Assembly: GCA_030141605.1 (NCBI GenBank)
Contig: JAQGDQ010000250.1
Span: 186,001 to 250,000 of the forward strand
DNA length: 64,000 nucleotides
Direction of reading: 5' to 3'
From: Tubiluchus corallicola
Taxonomy: Eukaryota > Animalia > Priapulida
Below, piece after piece: positions 12,598 through 27,100 of the stretch; position 1 is the stretch's first letter, and the number at the start of each line of letters is the position of its first letter. The translations under genes and the position numbers were made by a program. Below the pieces are notes generated by a model. The model saw nothing but the letters and a program-made list of their open reading frames with translations. It was not told the DNA's origin and made no database searches.

Positions 12598-14789
12598 TGA
12601 TCTAGGCAGTTCAAAAAGCTCATTTGTTGTAGTTAGCAAAGCAAAATTCGGCAATTCCAATCTTAGATCTATTACACATTAGAGTGATTCTAACTAACTA
12701 GATTGCCCTTGAAATTTCCGATGGTACAATTAATTATTATTAACTTAGTGTTAAGATTGTCGTTAACTGTGGAAAAAACCAACAACTAAATTGAATGTTA
12801 ACATTTTTATTTTGAAAACTACATCAAAATTTAATTAATTGTGGGTTTATACCACCTTTCTCTACTTTTTGCCTTTATAAATCTTTTCATATTGGTTTCA
12901 CTGCATAAAATTTACTACTCCTAAATTACTAAAGTTTCAACTAACCGCATTTGTAATACATGTTTTTGTTTTTTCCACAATCCAAACTGCCAGTACTTCT
13001 CACCAATAATAAGTGACATTCACAACTAGCATTCATCAAACATTGTTTACAAACTGCCAGTCTCAAATAAAAAATATACAAATAAGGAATGGTACACGCC
13101 TTTGTCACTCATACCCATTGCTGTGGAGTAATACATTTTGATAAAGTCCTTTAGTTAGGTAATTTTTTATAAAAGTGCTTTTACGACAACAGAACATTCA
13201 TAACCTTCGGCAAAGAGTCTCTGTTGTTTTACGCTTACGATAAGCTGAAGTTACTTCATGAGTTGTCTGCCTCATGTGACGACATTTACCTGATAAAACT
13301 GCTAAGAATTTTAGTTGTAACAGTAGATCAACAACTAAATGCTTTTGTTAAAAAAGCTGTATATACGCTAGAATGAAATTTTTATGAAGACATGGTTCAT
13401 AGAAAGAGAATTTTATTTATTATAAAATTTACAGATATTGTTGCAAAGTCAGTTTGATTAAAAAATTAAAATCTTCCTATGCTTTCTTCTGGTTGATTAC
13501 AGGAAAACTAAAGAAGTGTCTCAAAACAAAATGCTGACACTTAAGATTTCATGCTCGTACATTGGTTGTGAACATTTCAGTAAAATTCTGTTTTTAATAT
13601 TTCCAACAGAATTCAACAGCTTAAATTGTGTCGTTGTCACACGCTGGTATCGACGTCTATCATCAATTGGGGGTCTCAGCACTGGGACTGGCTAATTCCG
13701 GAATCCCTTTTCCCATGAGTGACCTCTGCTTATAGTCCTAAGTACTTGTAAATTAATTCTTAAAGATTTTTTGAAAGTGACGGCTTGAGTTGCTTTTCAA
13801 CTGGTTTGTTAACCTATGGCGCTCGTAAGATTCATAAAATTTTGTATGACTCCACCGGAGCTTCATCCATCAAAATGAGTTTTCTAAACTTTCTTGGTTC
13901 ATCCTGTCATAATACTTCATTACGTTGTCTTTGTTCTACTTTGTTATTGTGCTGTGACAAAATGATGATGCCCAAAAAACTAATTGATTTAAAATCAATT
14001 AATTTGAACGCAATATCATAATTTCTACTTTACTACCCCACAAATTAGGTTTGTTAAAGTATCATTAAAGTTCTCCTGAGACTTCACAAGTGACAGTCTC
14101 CAACTGCTCCATCTTGAAAATAAGATCACTGAGTGCTCTTCTGAGATTTGCCATGCTCATAATCGCAAAAGAAGAAGTTAAAGTTCCCTTAAATCTCAAA
14201 AATTCTTTATTTTCAGTAGTTCTTATAAGTCAATATCTCATTTTCCAGTCTAGCTGGTGTTTCTGTGCCCAGTGCCCACACTTGTCAAACACTTGTCAAA
14301 CATTTCAAATCACAGCAGTGCTCTATCTCCCTTGCCACTATATGCGTCTCATTTAATGCATGTATATCGAAGAAATTACACAAATAAGTACTCTATTAAA
14401 TTTACTTATTGTTTGATCAGTTACTTGTATGAAGATTCGCTATTCTTCCGGCTAGATTGTCAAATAAAGCTAAACGCGCACTGTCAATATTATACAAGAA
14501 AATTAGATATTATCTTTGGCGTATAAAAGAGCAGTGTTCTTCCAAACACATGCCTTGATGTTATTAGTCACTTAACGTTATGAAGTGCATTGCGTGCGCT
14601 GTGAAATAAGATTCGTGGCGGATCTAAGACTAGGTACCGATTTAAAGCTTTCACTGAGTGAAACTTGTGCATTTTAATTACCATTAAACCATGTTTTGTT
14701 TGTACGGATGCGAATAAGAAAGAAATGAATACTAAAAGAGCTAGTTGGTTGAATAGTTGAGTTACTGGTAACTTGAATAGCTGATTACA

Positions 14790-15215
14790 CCAACTGACCA
14801 ACAGACTAACTGGCTGGCTGGTTGAACTGACTGACTAATTAAAACTAAAAAGTTTTAATATAACTGAAAGTTTGAAAATCTGATTAGTTTAACATTACAT
14901 TGTTTGCTTTTGTTGGCTGGTTTGTTAGTTGGTGGTTTGGTGGGTTGGAGGTTTAGTTGGCTAATTTGTCTGGCAATCACTTAATTCATTGAGAGAAATC
15001 AACTGAATAATGTAGATTATATTAGTCAGTCAGTCAGCCAGCCAGCCAGTCAGTCAGTCAGTAAGTCAGTCCAGTCAGTTAGTCAATTAGATAGTCAGTC
15101 AGTCAATCAGTCTATCAACCAGCCAAGTAATCAACCAATCAACCAATCATTCAATAAATCAACCAATCAACCTGCTAACCACTCATCCAATAAATTAATA
15201 AGTCAATCAATCAAC
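14790..15215. repeat. Degenerate tetranucleotide repeats (ACTG/AGTC/AGCC/AATC), partly in inverted orientation
   Basis: CTGGCTGGCTGG..ACTGACTGACTAAT near 14810-14840 faces ATTAGTCAGTCAGTCAGCCAGCCAG at 15021 onward. Confidence 0.75.
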
Positions 15216-16549
15216 TCGGCTATCATAACAGAGTGCAGCTGCATACGCTAAAGTAATATTGTTGTTTCCCAATAACCGTCAACTAGTCCTTGTTTAAGAA
15301 GACGATAGCTGAACCATGGGTGGGGTGAATACCACAACTGCTCTAAAGCCTTTCATGGAGCTGCCTTAGCTTTCATTCCCCAAGCTATTATAAGGGTTCT
15401 TTAGTTAAATGGACCCAGTATAATAATCATCAATACAATAGCGAATTGTGCATTTATTTGCTATGAGTTGTGTGTGTGTCGGTCGCACAAGTGTGAAAAC
15501 AAGACATTAATTAAACCCACGAACATTAGACGTGATTTAATATGACGCAGAATTAATTGCTTTACGCGTTAATTAGTGTTTGCCAAGATCGTATTAGCAA
15601 CATGGTGGATGGACTCAGGTTTTGTTTATTTACAAACTCTTCAGTTTCAGCGCCTTTTGTGAGGATGAAGAAGGTCTGCGTTTATCATAAATTTCTTTTG
15701 CCTCGCCATAAAAAAACGAAGTGAATAAATAAATAAAATTATTTGTATAAGTAAAGAACAAGACAAAATTGAGGAACTCCTGCTGTTTCCCTTCTTATCT
15801 CAGGCCAGCGGACTAATTCGTATTGTAATTAAAATTTTTCAGTGACTGATTCTTCAGTTAAACTATTTATGAAAACAATGAGTAATAATAATAGTAAAAA
15901 ATTGGACAAAGTTTATTAATAATTTGCTTAAATATGTTATAATAATTAATTACTAACCAAATAGTCGTTAACTAATAGACAGATAGACAAAATTATAATA
16001 AATAAAACATAAATAACAAATAAATATAATTAAACAACCAACTAAGAAAACAAAAGCGAAAGTGAGATGGATCAATAAGCCTTCTCAAACAACATAATTA
16101 TATGACTCTTTTTGAAATTCTTATTAACGATGTGAACCAACAATTATTTGCAACTGCAACGTTGTTGATAATTTTGAAATGAAGATTAGTCATTGAATTT
16201 CATCAAATCAATTTATACGCTTTTCTAACGCGATTTCATTTCGTACAAAACTTGAACATTTTTGGATTACTGATCTAAACTTTCAATTATAGTAACCATG
16301 ACAACGCAAATTTAATCCTTAATGACAAGAATACATGATAATTAATTAAAAAATTCCCACAATTAAAAAACGTGGAAAAAAGGCGACTTTTCAAAACTAC
16401 CATTGTAGTTTACGTTCAGGTGAAAGAAAAGAAAAAACCATAAAAGGCTAATAGTAGCCATTAAGTTTTAGGGAGTTTTTTTTGTACGTTTTGATGATAT
16501 TATAAGCGTTATTAGTATTTCGCCTATAACTGACAAAAAATTAAAAAAT

Positions 16550-16960
16550 TCTCATCAATCCAGCATTAATGACCATATTTATGCCTTTAGCCACGAAGCC
16601 CATTAATTATTTCAGCATTGTGACCAGCTACAAATAACTGGGACTTATTAATAAAAGAAACTTTAATCTATGTACCCTAATAAGCCTTCTCTTAATGTAC
16701 AAAGAAATTCAATTCCTTTGAATTTATTTTCAAACACTTAGCTATTTGTCACTGTATCAATTTCTTTTGTTCAGGTCTGCTTATTCATTACCTATTCGGC
16801 TTCTGTGAAATACCTAATTAGTGCATAATAGGCTCTGCCTATATAAACTGGTTGTATGTTTGTAAATTTATCACCGATGATGACAACAGCAGCCTGTCGA
16901 AACGTTTGGCAAGATTTTAACTTTTTAATGTAAAATTTTTTACTAAAGTTATGTTGTTTT
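16550..16960 (+). mobile_element. Penelope-like retroelement remnant (GIY-YIG C-terminus plus pseudo-LTR)
   Basis: Disrupted translation HQSSINDHI...FSIV...LLIKETLI...KPSLNVQRNSIPLNLF (16645-16729) matches the Penelope endonuclease C-terminal pattern (L.IKE.L.I...P.LN....PL.LF). It is followed by TATATAAAC and a hammerhead-like motif. Confidence 0.65.
16872..16910 (+). ncRNA. Degenerate minimal hammerhead ribozyme motif (Penelope pLTR type)
   Basis: CCGATGA-T-GACA(ACAGCAGCC)TGTC-GAAACGT: stem II GACA/TGTC and GAAAC are intact, but the core CUGANGA has a U-to-C change. Confidence 0.55.
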
Positions 16961-19900
16961 TAACTATAAAACTATTTAACTATTGTGTAAAAATAATCAC
17001 GGAACCACAACAAACAAAAACAAAGAAGTATGAAATCAGCGTGACAGCCACAGAACACAGTACGAGAGGCAGTAGAAACTAACACAACATATTTCTTCCT
17101 TTATTTCGTCTGAAGGTAACTATGGTGTAGTTTGAAGCGATCCGTTTTCGTGTTTTTTCCTCGCTTCTCAATTCTGGGATATTTTAAATCAACTAACAAT
17201 AACCTCTTTTCTAATTAGGAATTAATTAATAATTGTATGATTATCTAATAAAGCAAGCATGTGTAGCATGTGTAGCGGATATTAAAGGAATAGGACCACC
17301 ATGAAGCAGTGAAACACATTTAGACAGCTGAGTAATACATTTACAGCAATCTTCCGCTTTCTAGCAATCTTTCAAATTAGTGGCTCATCCAAACCAAAAT
17401 CGGCAGTAAATCTTCTGCACCGCCAATTCATTTTGATCATTAATCTCTTAGTTTATGACAGCGTAAAATAGTTGCAATAGACCTACATGGATGGACCAAT
17501 TTCATTGAATTATTTTGCATATAATCTCATTCATACATGCAATGCAGGTTGCTTTATTAGTACCTGCACCTCCCCCCATCTTAACCTATAAGCCATTTGT
17601 AACCTGCGTTATGAAAATATTATTACATTAAGCTAACTTCCTCCATTTCGCATACATTTTGACCCAAATCAACAACTTACTGCAGCAACCAGCAAAGTGC
17701 AGGGCTTCTAAATACCACATTCTTTCCAGATGAGAAAATTTCCATGCAATAAATTAATAGACGTAATTTATTGGTAAATCATTCACTTTACTAATTAATT
17801 TAAATTGTTATGCACGATTTAACGAATAGTTTAGTTTAATAATAATAGTTAATAATTTAGTTTAATGAATATATAGTTTACAGGAGCCAAATAAGAAAGA
17901 CTATTTACAAAAAAGAACTAGAGGTCCTTTTAAACCATTTTAAACGAAATTTTAAATCTTTCATAATAGTTTACGATCTTGGCCAGAAATCGCCATGCTG
18001 CTTTAAATGCCCACGAATAACAAATTTTTTATTGTTGCTGTTGTGGTGGGCTGTGCCTATTTTTGTTTTGGCATTTTTCTCATTTCTCCTTCTTAATGCA
18101 TGTTTAAAATATTTAGTATCTATTTTAGATTATGTTCATTGAACTACTCATTTATATAACTAAAATAACTAACAGGAACGATTTTAGAATATTTGTTTTA
18201 TCAATAATTGTTTGTTTGTCTGTAGTGTCGCTGTATTTCAAAATTGAAATTGTACGTATGTCTTGTTATTTGTACCGTATATATTTTTGACTCACATAAA
18301 TAAATATATTAAAATATGTCATGATATTTTGTGGAAGGTTGTTCCAGTAATGCTGTTGTTTAATTAACTAGTACTAAGCTAGCCACTGTGCACAACGAAT
18401 GTTTATTAAACTCCTGACCTTTCATATGGGAGGAAACGTGTACTCTTTATTAAAGCTAAACTAAAGCTACGCTCACATAGTGAAAATTACACATCCCCGC
18501 ATTAGTCCGTTCACATTCTCATGGCTTCATTTATAGTTTTTAGTTCATACAACATCACTGTCATCGTCACTCTAGCAATAAGTTGCTACATCAAGTTTCG
18601 CTGATTTCATTTAAAGCGATAACTACCATACTTCACGGGTCAAGAAGTTGCCATCAACTCCATACAACTTTCATTCCTTGTAAAAATTTCATTATCAAAG
18701 TTTAACCAAAGTTCAAGCGGAAAAAATGTTCAAAATATAGCACTAAAAGCCAAATGCTTTACTTTTACGACTATAATTTTATAGTCATTTTTATTACAGT
18801 ATATACAATAAAACTTCAGCTAAGAAGGTTCACAGTTGACACTGAAGACAAAACAAAAACTAGGATCAAAATATTTACGCAGTTCTACAATCTACCAGGA
18901 ATTATAAATAAGCACAATACTGCTACGTAATTGCAAAAAAAATTTGCATACTTGTGCAAAACTTCAACAGTTCAGTCTATGTAAAACGATTCGTACCTTG
19001 ACGCTTGCAAGTGGCGCCCTCTATACACGGTAAAGGTAATACATTGCAAATTTTTGTGATTTAACCAAAAATCACAAGCTGGCGCACCTTTAAACACAAT
19101 TCTTCTTTCTTCTGCGATTTTCCAAATTATTCCTTACCTTTTTATAAGTATACTTACAGAAAGTAAGCACGGTTATTTTAGTATTTACACATTACTGTTG
19201 ACGCATTATCTTATAAATGATAAAAATTCTAGTAGTGGTCTTAAATATAAACAAGGCAAACAACACTTTTCATAAAACAACTCCAACCAAAAATTTAGAT
19301 ATACTGGGTATTTTGCTCAATCAGGAAAGTGTCGGCTCTTTGCTTTAAAACATATTTACATATATGTACACAGATTTACTACAAATCCTGAACGTTTTGG
19401 TACCTTGTTTTGACAACTATTTGCTACCTAGACTTAATACAGTAGTAGATTCATAACATTGAAAGCGCCTCGCAATTATGCACAGTGCATAAACAGTGTC
19501 GGGCTTCATAAACTTTGAATGATCAGTCAATAACAATCTCGCCATCATCATTATAACGTTCGTCCTAACTGTATTCGTATGACTGACTTACTACAAGTAA
19601 AAATTCAGAAAAATATTACATTATCATTTTTTTCCACTATAATAAAATCAATATTACAATAAAAGATCTAAAAAATAAAACCAACTAAACAAGTTCTAAT
19701 ACTTAGGCAAGAATGTTGGCAAACATCCAGCAACAAAATGAGATTTCAAGGTAAGTTAACAAGCACCAATTAAAGACAGTCAAAGGAGGTAGCAATTTTA
19801 AAAACATTAAATACTCAATAGAGTACCCTCAGTACATTGCTTGATGTATAATAAAGATGTGACCACACAAATCTCGGATACTTTGATTCATTTTTTAAAA

Positions 19901-19971
19901 AGAAACATTATTTCTATTTCTATTTCGAAATAATAAGTTGTACAAATTACATGTTATTACAATAATGAAGA

Positions 19972-20531
19972 AAGGGCAGGACGGTAATAGTTCCTCTTTT
20001 AGAAACTATTTGCAGTTCCTAGTTCCTCAGTGACAAAAACTATTTCCAGTACGGGGTTTTTTCAACTTTTTAGAAAAAGAAACTTGTTAAAGTTGCAAGT
20101 TTTTTTGCACCAAAAGGAAATTAGTTCAGTTCCCATTCGTTGCAATGTTTTTTCTATCTACTATGCACAGAATAAACAATGATAAACAATCTAAAATAGC
20201 TGGCGCCTCTTAAATATCCCGAAAACAGCTAATTTTGCTTTTCTTTATGGCTGCCTAACCAAAGAAAGCAAGGACAAACATGTGAAAAATAAATAAATTA
20301 GCAAAAGCAAAGTACAGGTTGGACGAGGAAAGAAATTTAAATAGTTCCACGTTCGTCTGTGACATTCAAAGTTTGTTATCATGAAATAGTTCCAGTTCCA
20401 AGTGCCCAAAGAAGGAAATAGTTCCAGGAGCTGCACTCCATGAACTAAGTTATTTTACAAGAAGAATTAGTTCCAATTTCAACTTCTTGAAGAATAATTT
20501 TTTTCCCTGACAAAGTTCCTTCACAACCCTT
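19972..20531. repeat. Probable DNA-transposon-derived element with many internal (T)AGTTCC motifs
   Basis: Recurrent TAGTTCC/AGTTCC motifs between AGGG at about 19973 and AGTTCCTTCACAACCCT at 20530; TIR and TSD not clean. Confidence 0.35.
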
Positions 20532-21163
20532 AGAAAGACCACAGTATTGTAATGATCCAAGAACACGAGGATTAACCATCTCGCAGAAAAAAGTACAGAA
20601 AAGTATAGCAGAATGTATCAAACTTCTACTATCATGATTATACTGCTGACACATAGGCAAGTATACATAGTTCATATAAGTAAACAAGGAAATTCAGAAG
20701 GCTAAGATAGTTAAAAATTTCTAAAATTCCCAACAAAAATCAGGATTTAAAGTTCCAGAAAATTTGTCCGCAAAATGAAAGACCTGCTTTCAAAATAATC
20801 TGCAGACAAATATTAGGAAAAATTCAACTTGATTTTAAATTTAAAAAGTTGATTACTTTTAATTCAGAGCTAAAAACTCAACTAGCCTAAAAATGTACAT
20901 TGTTATAATTTTTATTATTTAGTTCCACTAACCTATTATAAGTAAAAGACACAACTTTCTTATGATTAAAAAAAGAAATATATACAAGGTAGTATATACA
21001 ATAAGCTTAACTGAAACTAAGATGCTCTTTAAAAGCAAAAAATGATTTTTTGCTCAAAAACGCACTGCTTATAAATAAATTTACATATAAATAAATGTCC
21101 TCAAACGGCCTGTCAAATTAAAACAACCTTCTAATCACGAATACACTCTAAGAATTACCAGTG

Positions 21164-24100
21164 TCAGACTCGCCAGTAGTGACCAGGATATGCTTGTTTT
21201 TCAGCCTGAAGTGCCGCTAAAATTGAGTCCTGAAAAGCAAGCAGAAAAGATAGTAATTAAACAAAAGAACAATTAGCGAGGCAAGCATTTTATGAGAAGT
21301 ACAATGAACCCCTGTCATAAGAGACCTCGTTATAATGGATTTCCGATACAATGGACTGTGTTTGCTGTCGTGTTTTTCTGATTACAATGGACAAGTGCAA
21401 TATATCAATTGCATGTGTCTGGACAGGGACATCGACATGAAGCATTTTCGCAGAAGCATTATTAGTCAAACCCCTTTATAAGGCCAACCTCGCTTAATAA
21501 CACTCATATTTGTAGTAAAATAATATGTCTATATTTGCATAGACATGCATGCATTAATGCACCTCGTTAAAATGCTCTAATCCACTATAACGCCGAGTTT
21601 TTCTGCAGTCCCACAGTAGGCAGAATATTGAGGTTTGAATGTATTTATTCACCTTCGTATCTACCGCTTACTACAACACAAATATTTATTGCAACCTTTA
21701 ATGGGTTTACACGTAAAAACTCCCACAAAAGTTTTTCTAAGATTTCTGATGATTCACAATCAGCTTCCCCTGCAGCCTCTGAACCTGTGCGATGCGATAA
21801 GCGGGACATCCTTCTTCATGGACAAGATGGCGGAACAACTGAATTTAATAATTGCAGTCGGCAACAGAACTATAATACATCACAAACATTGCAAATCATT
21901 GCAAATTTTAGTCCAAGCTTTGGAATGACGCAAATGATGAACTAAAAACTATTCAGCCAATTCAATAATTTAAAATGAAATAAATATGAAATGCAATGAT
22001 TTTCAATAAATACAACACTTCTTAACATCCTACACCTATTGCAGCAGTCATACCACAATCCCGATACAGATTATGCAAAAAAGACATCATTGATAAATTT
22101 TTAAAGCTGATGTAAACATCGCACACACTACTGTCTTCTTTCCTACTATTTCCACTAACACATTATTCTTCCAGTCCTGTGTGATCTAACGTTTCTCCCT
22201 GTTCTTTTTTTTTGTTCAATTAGCAATTCCTTTTTTTATCTAGTTCACATGACCATGGCTTTATACAAGTCCTTGCTTCTGTAGCCCACTGTAGTATAAT
22301 TATTCTTTTATGATGACGATAGTGTATGAAATATAATAATTTACTATAGTATGAAGTAACAATTTTGACGTCGCCACGTATTGAATGTCACTATATTGTA
22401 CTGAATCCGATATAATAAAAACTTCAACTTCAAAAAACTACATAAAAATAAAATTGAGCACTAGGAAATGAACATAAGTAGAGATGTTGGATAAAATTTT
22501 GTCAACTGTTACAACAAATCGTGTGTTCTAAATAAACAAGATCATTTCAGTACTAAACTGGGTTCTGACTATAATAAAATAGAGCTCATTACATAATACG
22601 TACTTGACCAGATGTGGATATCACGGTGGATGTAGTTGCTGTAGAAACAGAAGACGTCAACGTATGCAAAGGAGATGGAGAAGGCAAATCGGCAGACGGT
22701 AGTGAAGTATCTTTGAAGATGAGTGTATTGTAGGATGTGTCGGAAAATGCCGACGTATCTGCCAAAGAAACAATTTGAAATCTTTAAAAGTTCAGATACA
22801 ATTTTAATTTTTCCTATTACCGTATATACTCGCATATAAGCCGAATTTAGAACTATAAAATACAATACTGAAATCAGGGGGTCGGCTTATATGCGCATGA
22901 AACAAAATGAACACAAGGACAGACACTAATGCCAATTTTTCAGCCACACATTTTCATCGCTATCTGACTCTTATAAGACTCTATCTCAGAAATGTTATAA
23001 TTTTTTGTGAATAAATAGAAAACAAAATATTTTCTTCTTTATTCATATCAAAATGTATAATTTGTTCTATTTCTTCTAGTATGTAACATAAAAGTAAGCA
23101 TTTTACATCTTTATAGTAAAAAATTTCTATGAACCAAAAATACCCAATTAACAAAATGTGACAAAAAGGGATCAATTTTGTTGATTGGGTATGGAGTAAA
23201 ATTAGACAAGTTGATGGTCGGCTTATATACGGGTTTTTGCAAAAACTGGCCATCTTAAAGCAGTTTTAGGGGGTCGGCTTATATGCGATGTAGGCTTATA
23301 TGCGAGTATATACGGTAATTATTTTTACTTTATAGTGAAGAGATCACAATAACGTTTACTTAGCACACAATGTAATTACTCAGCTCAACACCAACGTGTT
23401 CATAATGGTAGTGCCAACTAATGCAGCACTTGAATCAATTTATAACAAATGCTGGTCCACCCCTACAGCAATAATTGTTACCTTTTACAAAATCACAATG
23501 TGATTAATAGTTAAAAAGTTGGCACTTTACCAGGCAAAGTTTATAGGTGGATTATTCGTTTACTTCAGAATTCTGCCTGCCCAGTGTCTATAGTAGACCT
23601 AACAGGCATATGATGATGACATTTGTTTTTATCTGTTTATAGACCGGCTATGATTTTTTTTCATTTAGCATTCTAGGCGATTACGCAAATTAAATACTGT
23701 ATTTAGGTGATACTACTTAAAATACTGAACTGCACAGTGCTACAAATAAATTTTGTCTGCAAAAGTAAATAGAACATTTGTATGTTTTCAGGGAAAGCAA
23801 ACATTGCACCTGATAGAGAGCAGGTAATCTGCGAAAGGCTTTCATTGATCGAGGATTCACATCTGCCACACCTGAGACACCTCTGCCAGTTCAATACTTC
23901 ATCTTACAGGATTAACCTTGACAATGAGCTAGGTTCCAACCCTGCCACAACGATCTGCATATAACTGACTGCACAGTTAATATGCAGCTGAATAACCAAT
24001 AGACTACATTACACACATTCTTTTCCCTAAATTTCTAAAACTGAAGACAAACATCTGATGACAAAAACTAATTCGGAATGGGAAGCATTGGAATTTCTCG

Positions 24101-27100
24101 CTTATTGGGTTTTCTCTTCCCCAATGCCAGGATATATCATTTACAATGCCCTTTGCTATTGTAATAAAATCTGTTTCTTCGTGAATCTGATTTGTTATTG
24201 CTATGAAATCTGTTTTATAGTAAAAATTTAGAATACGGAGTAACTCTACTGTAACGTTACAATACAAAAAACTATACAATATAAAAACTTATCACACAAA
24301 TGAGAATGAGAACGGCATCACAGCAAAGCAGACGGCTTTATAAAGTTATTTCACAAACACGTGGCCCAGCAAACAACTTACCACCACTGCTGTCTTGTAC
24401 AGACTCTGCTCTGTCCATATAATGTGAAGACTCAAGCATCACTGATGCTATGGTTGATACATCACGTATGTCAGGCTGACTGGCAGAAGCTCCCTGAGCG
24501 AGCAGAGATGCATGCGGCGAATGGTGATGCGATGATCGTAGCATTGCATTGAATGCCGCAGCATCCTTCTCCACCAAGTGTTTCTGTAACACCTTAACCA
24601 TGGCTTCTTTCTCTGCTAATTTTGTTTTGTACTCTTGCATTCTGAAGCATTGGAAAAGACGATTCACTATTAAAGCGCAATATTTACAACGATAATTAAA
24701 TTATTTTAATCCATTTCAAACAAACTAAAATATAGTACGATATTAAGTACATTTATCAATATTATCTTTAACCCTTTCACTACAGAAGGCAGCACACTGC
24801 CGCCTATTTTTTTAATGCAAGGGACGGAAGGCGGTAGACTGTCGCCCAAGCTCAGTGCTTAGCACAGTCACCCAGGTCTGTTTATTTCACTGCTACGGCC
24901 ATGCAAAAACATTGTAGACTAACAGATGTGGGAGTGGGGTTACTTCACAACAAGTAATGCTAACCAGCCAATCAGCATCTGAAGCCAGGTGCATTCCATA
25001 ATACTGTACTCAGTGTACTGTATGGTATGTTCCTAAAATCACTTGTAGATCATTGACAAAACATATGTCTAGTTGATTGTTCTGCATCCTTATAAAATTA
25101 TTGCATATTATGGACTAGTATTGTGTCTTTTGTGAAAACTGGTTTCTAAACATAAGTACATACTTATTTATGATTGTGCGTACAAGTGTGCGCGCACGTG
25201 AGTGCATGTATAGAAATAAATTTAATAATTAATGTTAGTACTTAATAACAAACAACTACTTGTTTATTTACAAGTTTTCTGCTTTAGTAACACACCACAA
25301 GAATTTATTGTCAAATCTGCAAAAGTCAATGTGGCCCAGTTAAAAAGCAACAACGTAGTGAAAGGGTTAATCTGTAAATTTTCATTTTGCTATGATTGAT
25401 AAGTTAAGTGCGCATAATAATTATCTTTCATGCATTTATAATGTGCATACATTATCATGCAAAATACAGTATTAAGTCTGCATATAACGATTTACCATTG
25501 TAGAAAACGTATTTCATGTATAAGTACCAATGAAAAGGCACCTATACAAAAGCAAAGATGAGGATTATAAATGAAAAACTGGCAAAATTTACTTACAATA
25601 TTGAGACCCTTGCTACAGGCGTGTGCTTGGAAAAACAAACCAAAACATTATAACAGCATAATTAGAAACACTCTTTTCGTGAAAGCTTTAACAAACAATT
25701 ATAGTTAAGGAATTAAAATTACAAATTTTATACAAAAAAATTCTAAAATCTTACTTTGCTTCTAAAGCGGTATATTTCCGTTGCATTGAATACATCTCGT
25801 CCATTTGTTTTAACTTTTCCGCTCTGGCGATGGCCAGCAATTTCTCACACTCCTTCGACGTCTTCTCTAGTGCCGCTATCTTTGCGTCCCTAAAACAGTT
25901 CAAGAAGCTCTTAATATTTCTGCAGTAATCATATTTTTACAACACCGATGGAAAATTGGTAAAAACAATGTTGTGGCCAGCTGTTCTTTTAGTCAAAACA
26001 TGAAGTACACAGTAATTTTATGATAAGCAGTGATCAAGCAACAATGAATGTCTATGCAGTTTACAAAGTAAATTGTCTTTTGGCACAAACTGTTCCAAGA
26101 ATATGTAAGTAGTAATAATATGCTGGAACGTACAATAATCAAGTTAGATGGTAAGAAAGTGGGAATGGTGCAAGTATAACAGCATTTTTGAATCATCATG
26201 ACGTCATAATGCAGTGGTCCATTGTGCCAATTCTTTGTGTCTCCATTAGCAGAAATCAGCATGTTTATACTACACTGTTCCTTCTGGAACACCCTGTAGA
26301 ATTATGGCGGTGGAAAGAGAAATCACTACACAATGTTTATTTGGTATCTCTACATTTCACTAAGCTAGGGGGAAATAATGATTAAAGTAAGTTCAAAAAC
26401 ACAAATTCCTCAAAAAAAATCTCTTTCAAAAAATCATTTAACATTCTAAGCACGTAAGAATGTCCGAAATTCAAATTTGAGAGAATGTCAAAAGGCAAGA
26501 CCTTGTTTTGCCATGTCAACTTTTCTACTTTGCTGTAAAAAAACCTCTCTCGCTCAGGTGCACATTTGCTGCCTTCTTTGGCTAGTCTCAAAAATACTCC
26601 AAAGAAATTCTCGCTAAAAGGCGAGCCATTTGAACCAGGCTACCTTGACCCCTATCGACCATGTTAGCTCATTTCACAGGCTGAGTGATTAAACCTGTCC
26701 CATTAAACAGAAAAGGTGCCAGAGGGCTTGAATGAAACCAATAAAGGTGAAAAACAAACACGAGCCAGAGCAAATTGCAAATGAATTGTTCCTTGTTAAA
26801 ATAATGATGAGTAGTGTTTTACTACTGTACGGCAAACTGCATAATGCACTAGCATTCTGAAATTCGATTACCCAATGAAAAAAAGTGTCTTACTTCGGCA
26901 TAGAGGCAGCATCTATTGCCAACTGACGAATGGCGCTCTCTTCCGTAAACTTTTGCTCCCACTGTCAAATACAACAAGGATATTTTAATTAAGCTGAATG
27001 CACAGAATCACATTGAACAAAATGATGACAAATATTTCAACATTTTTTTTATACTAAGGTTATTTTGACTGCTCACTCTACTTTAATGCTTAACTGGTTG

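Noticed and set aside
23808-23954. Possible extra angiomotin exon
   Set aside because: The required phase gives a TAG after 8 codons, and the flanking exons already join in frame.
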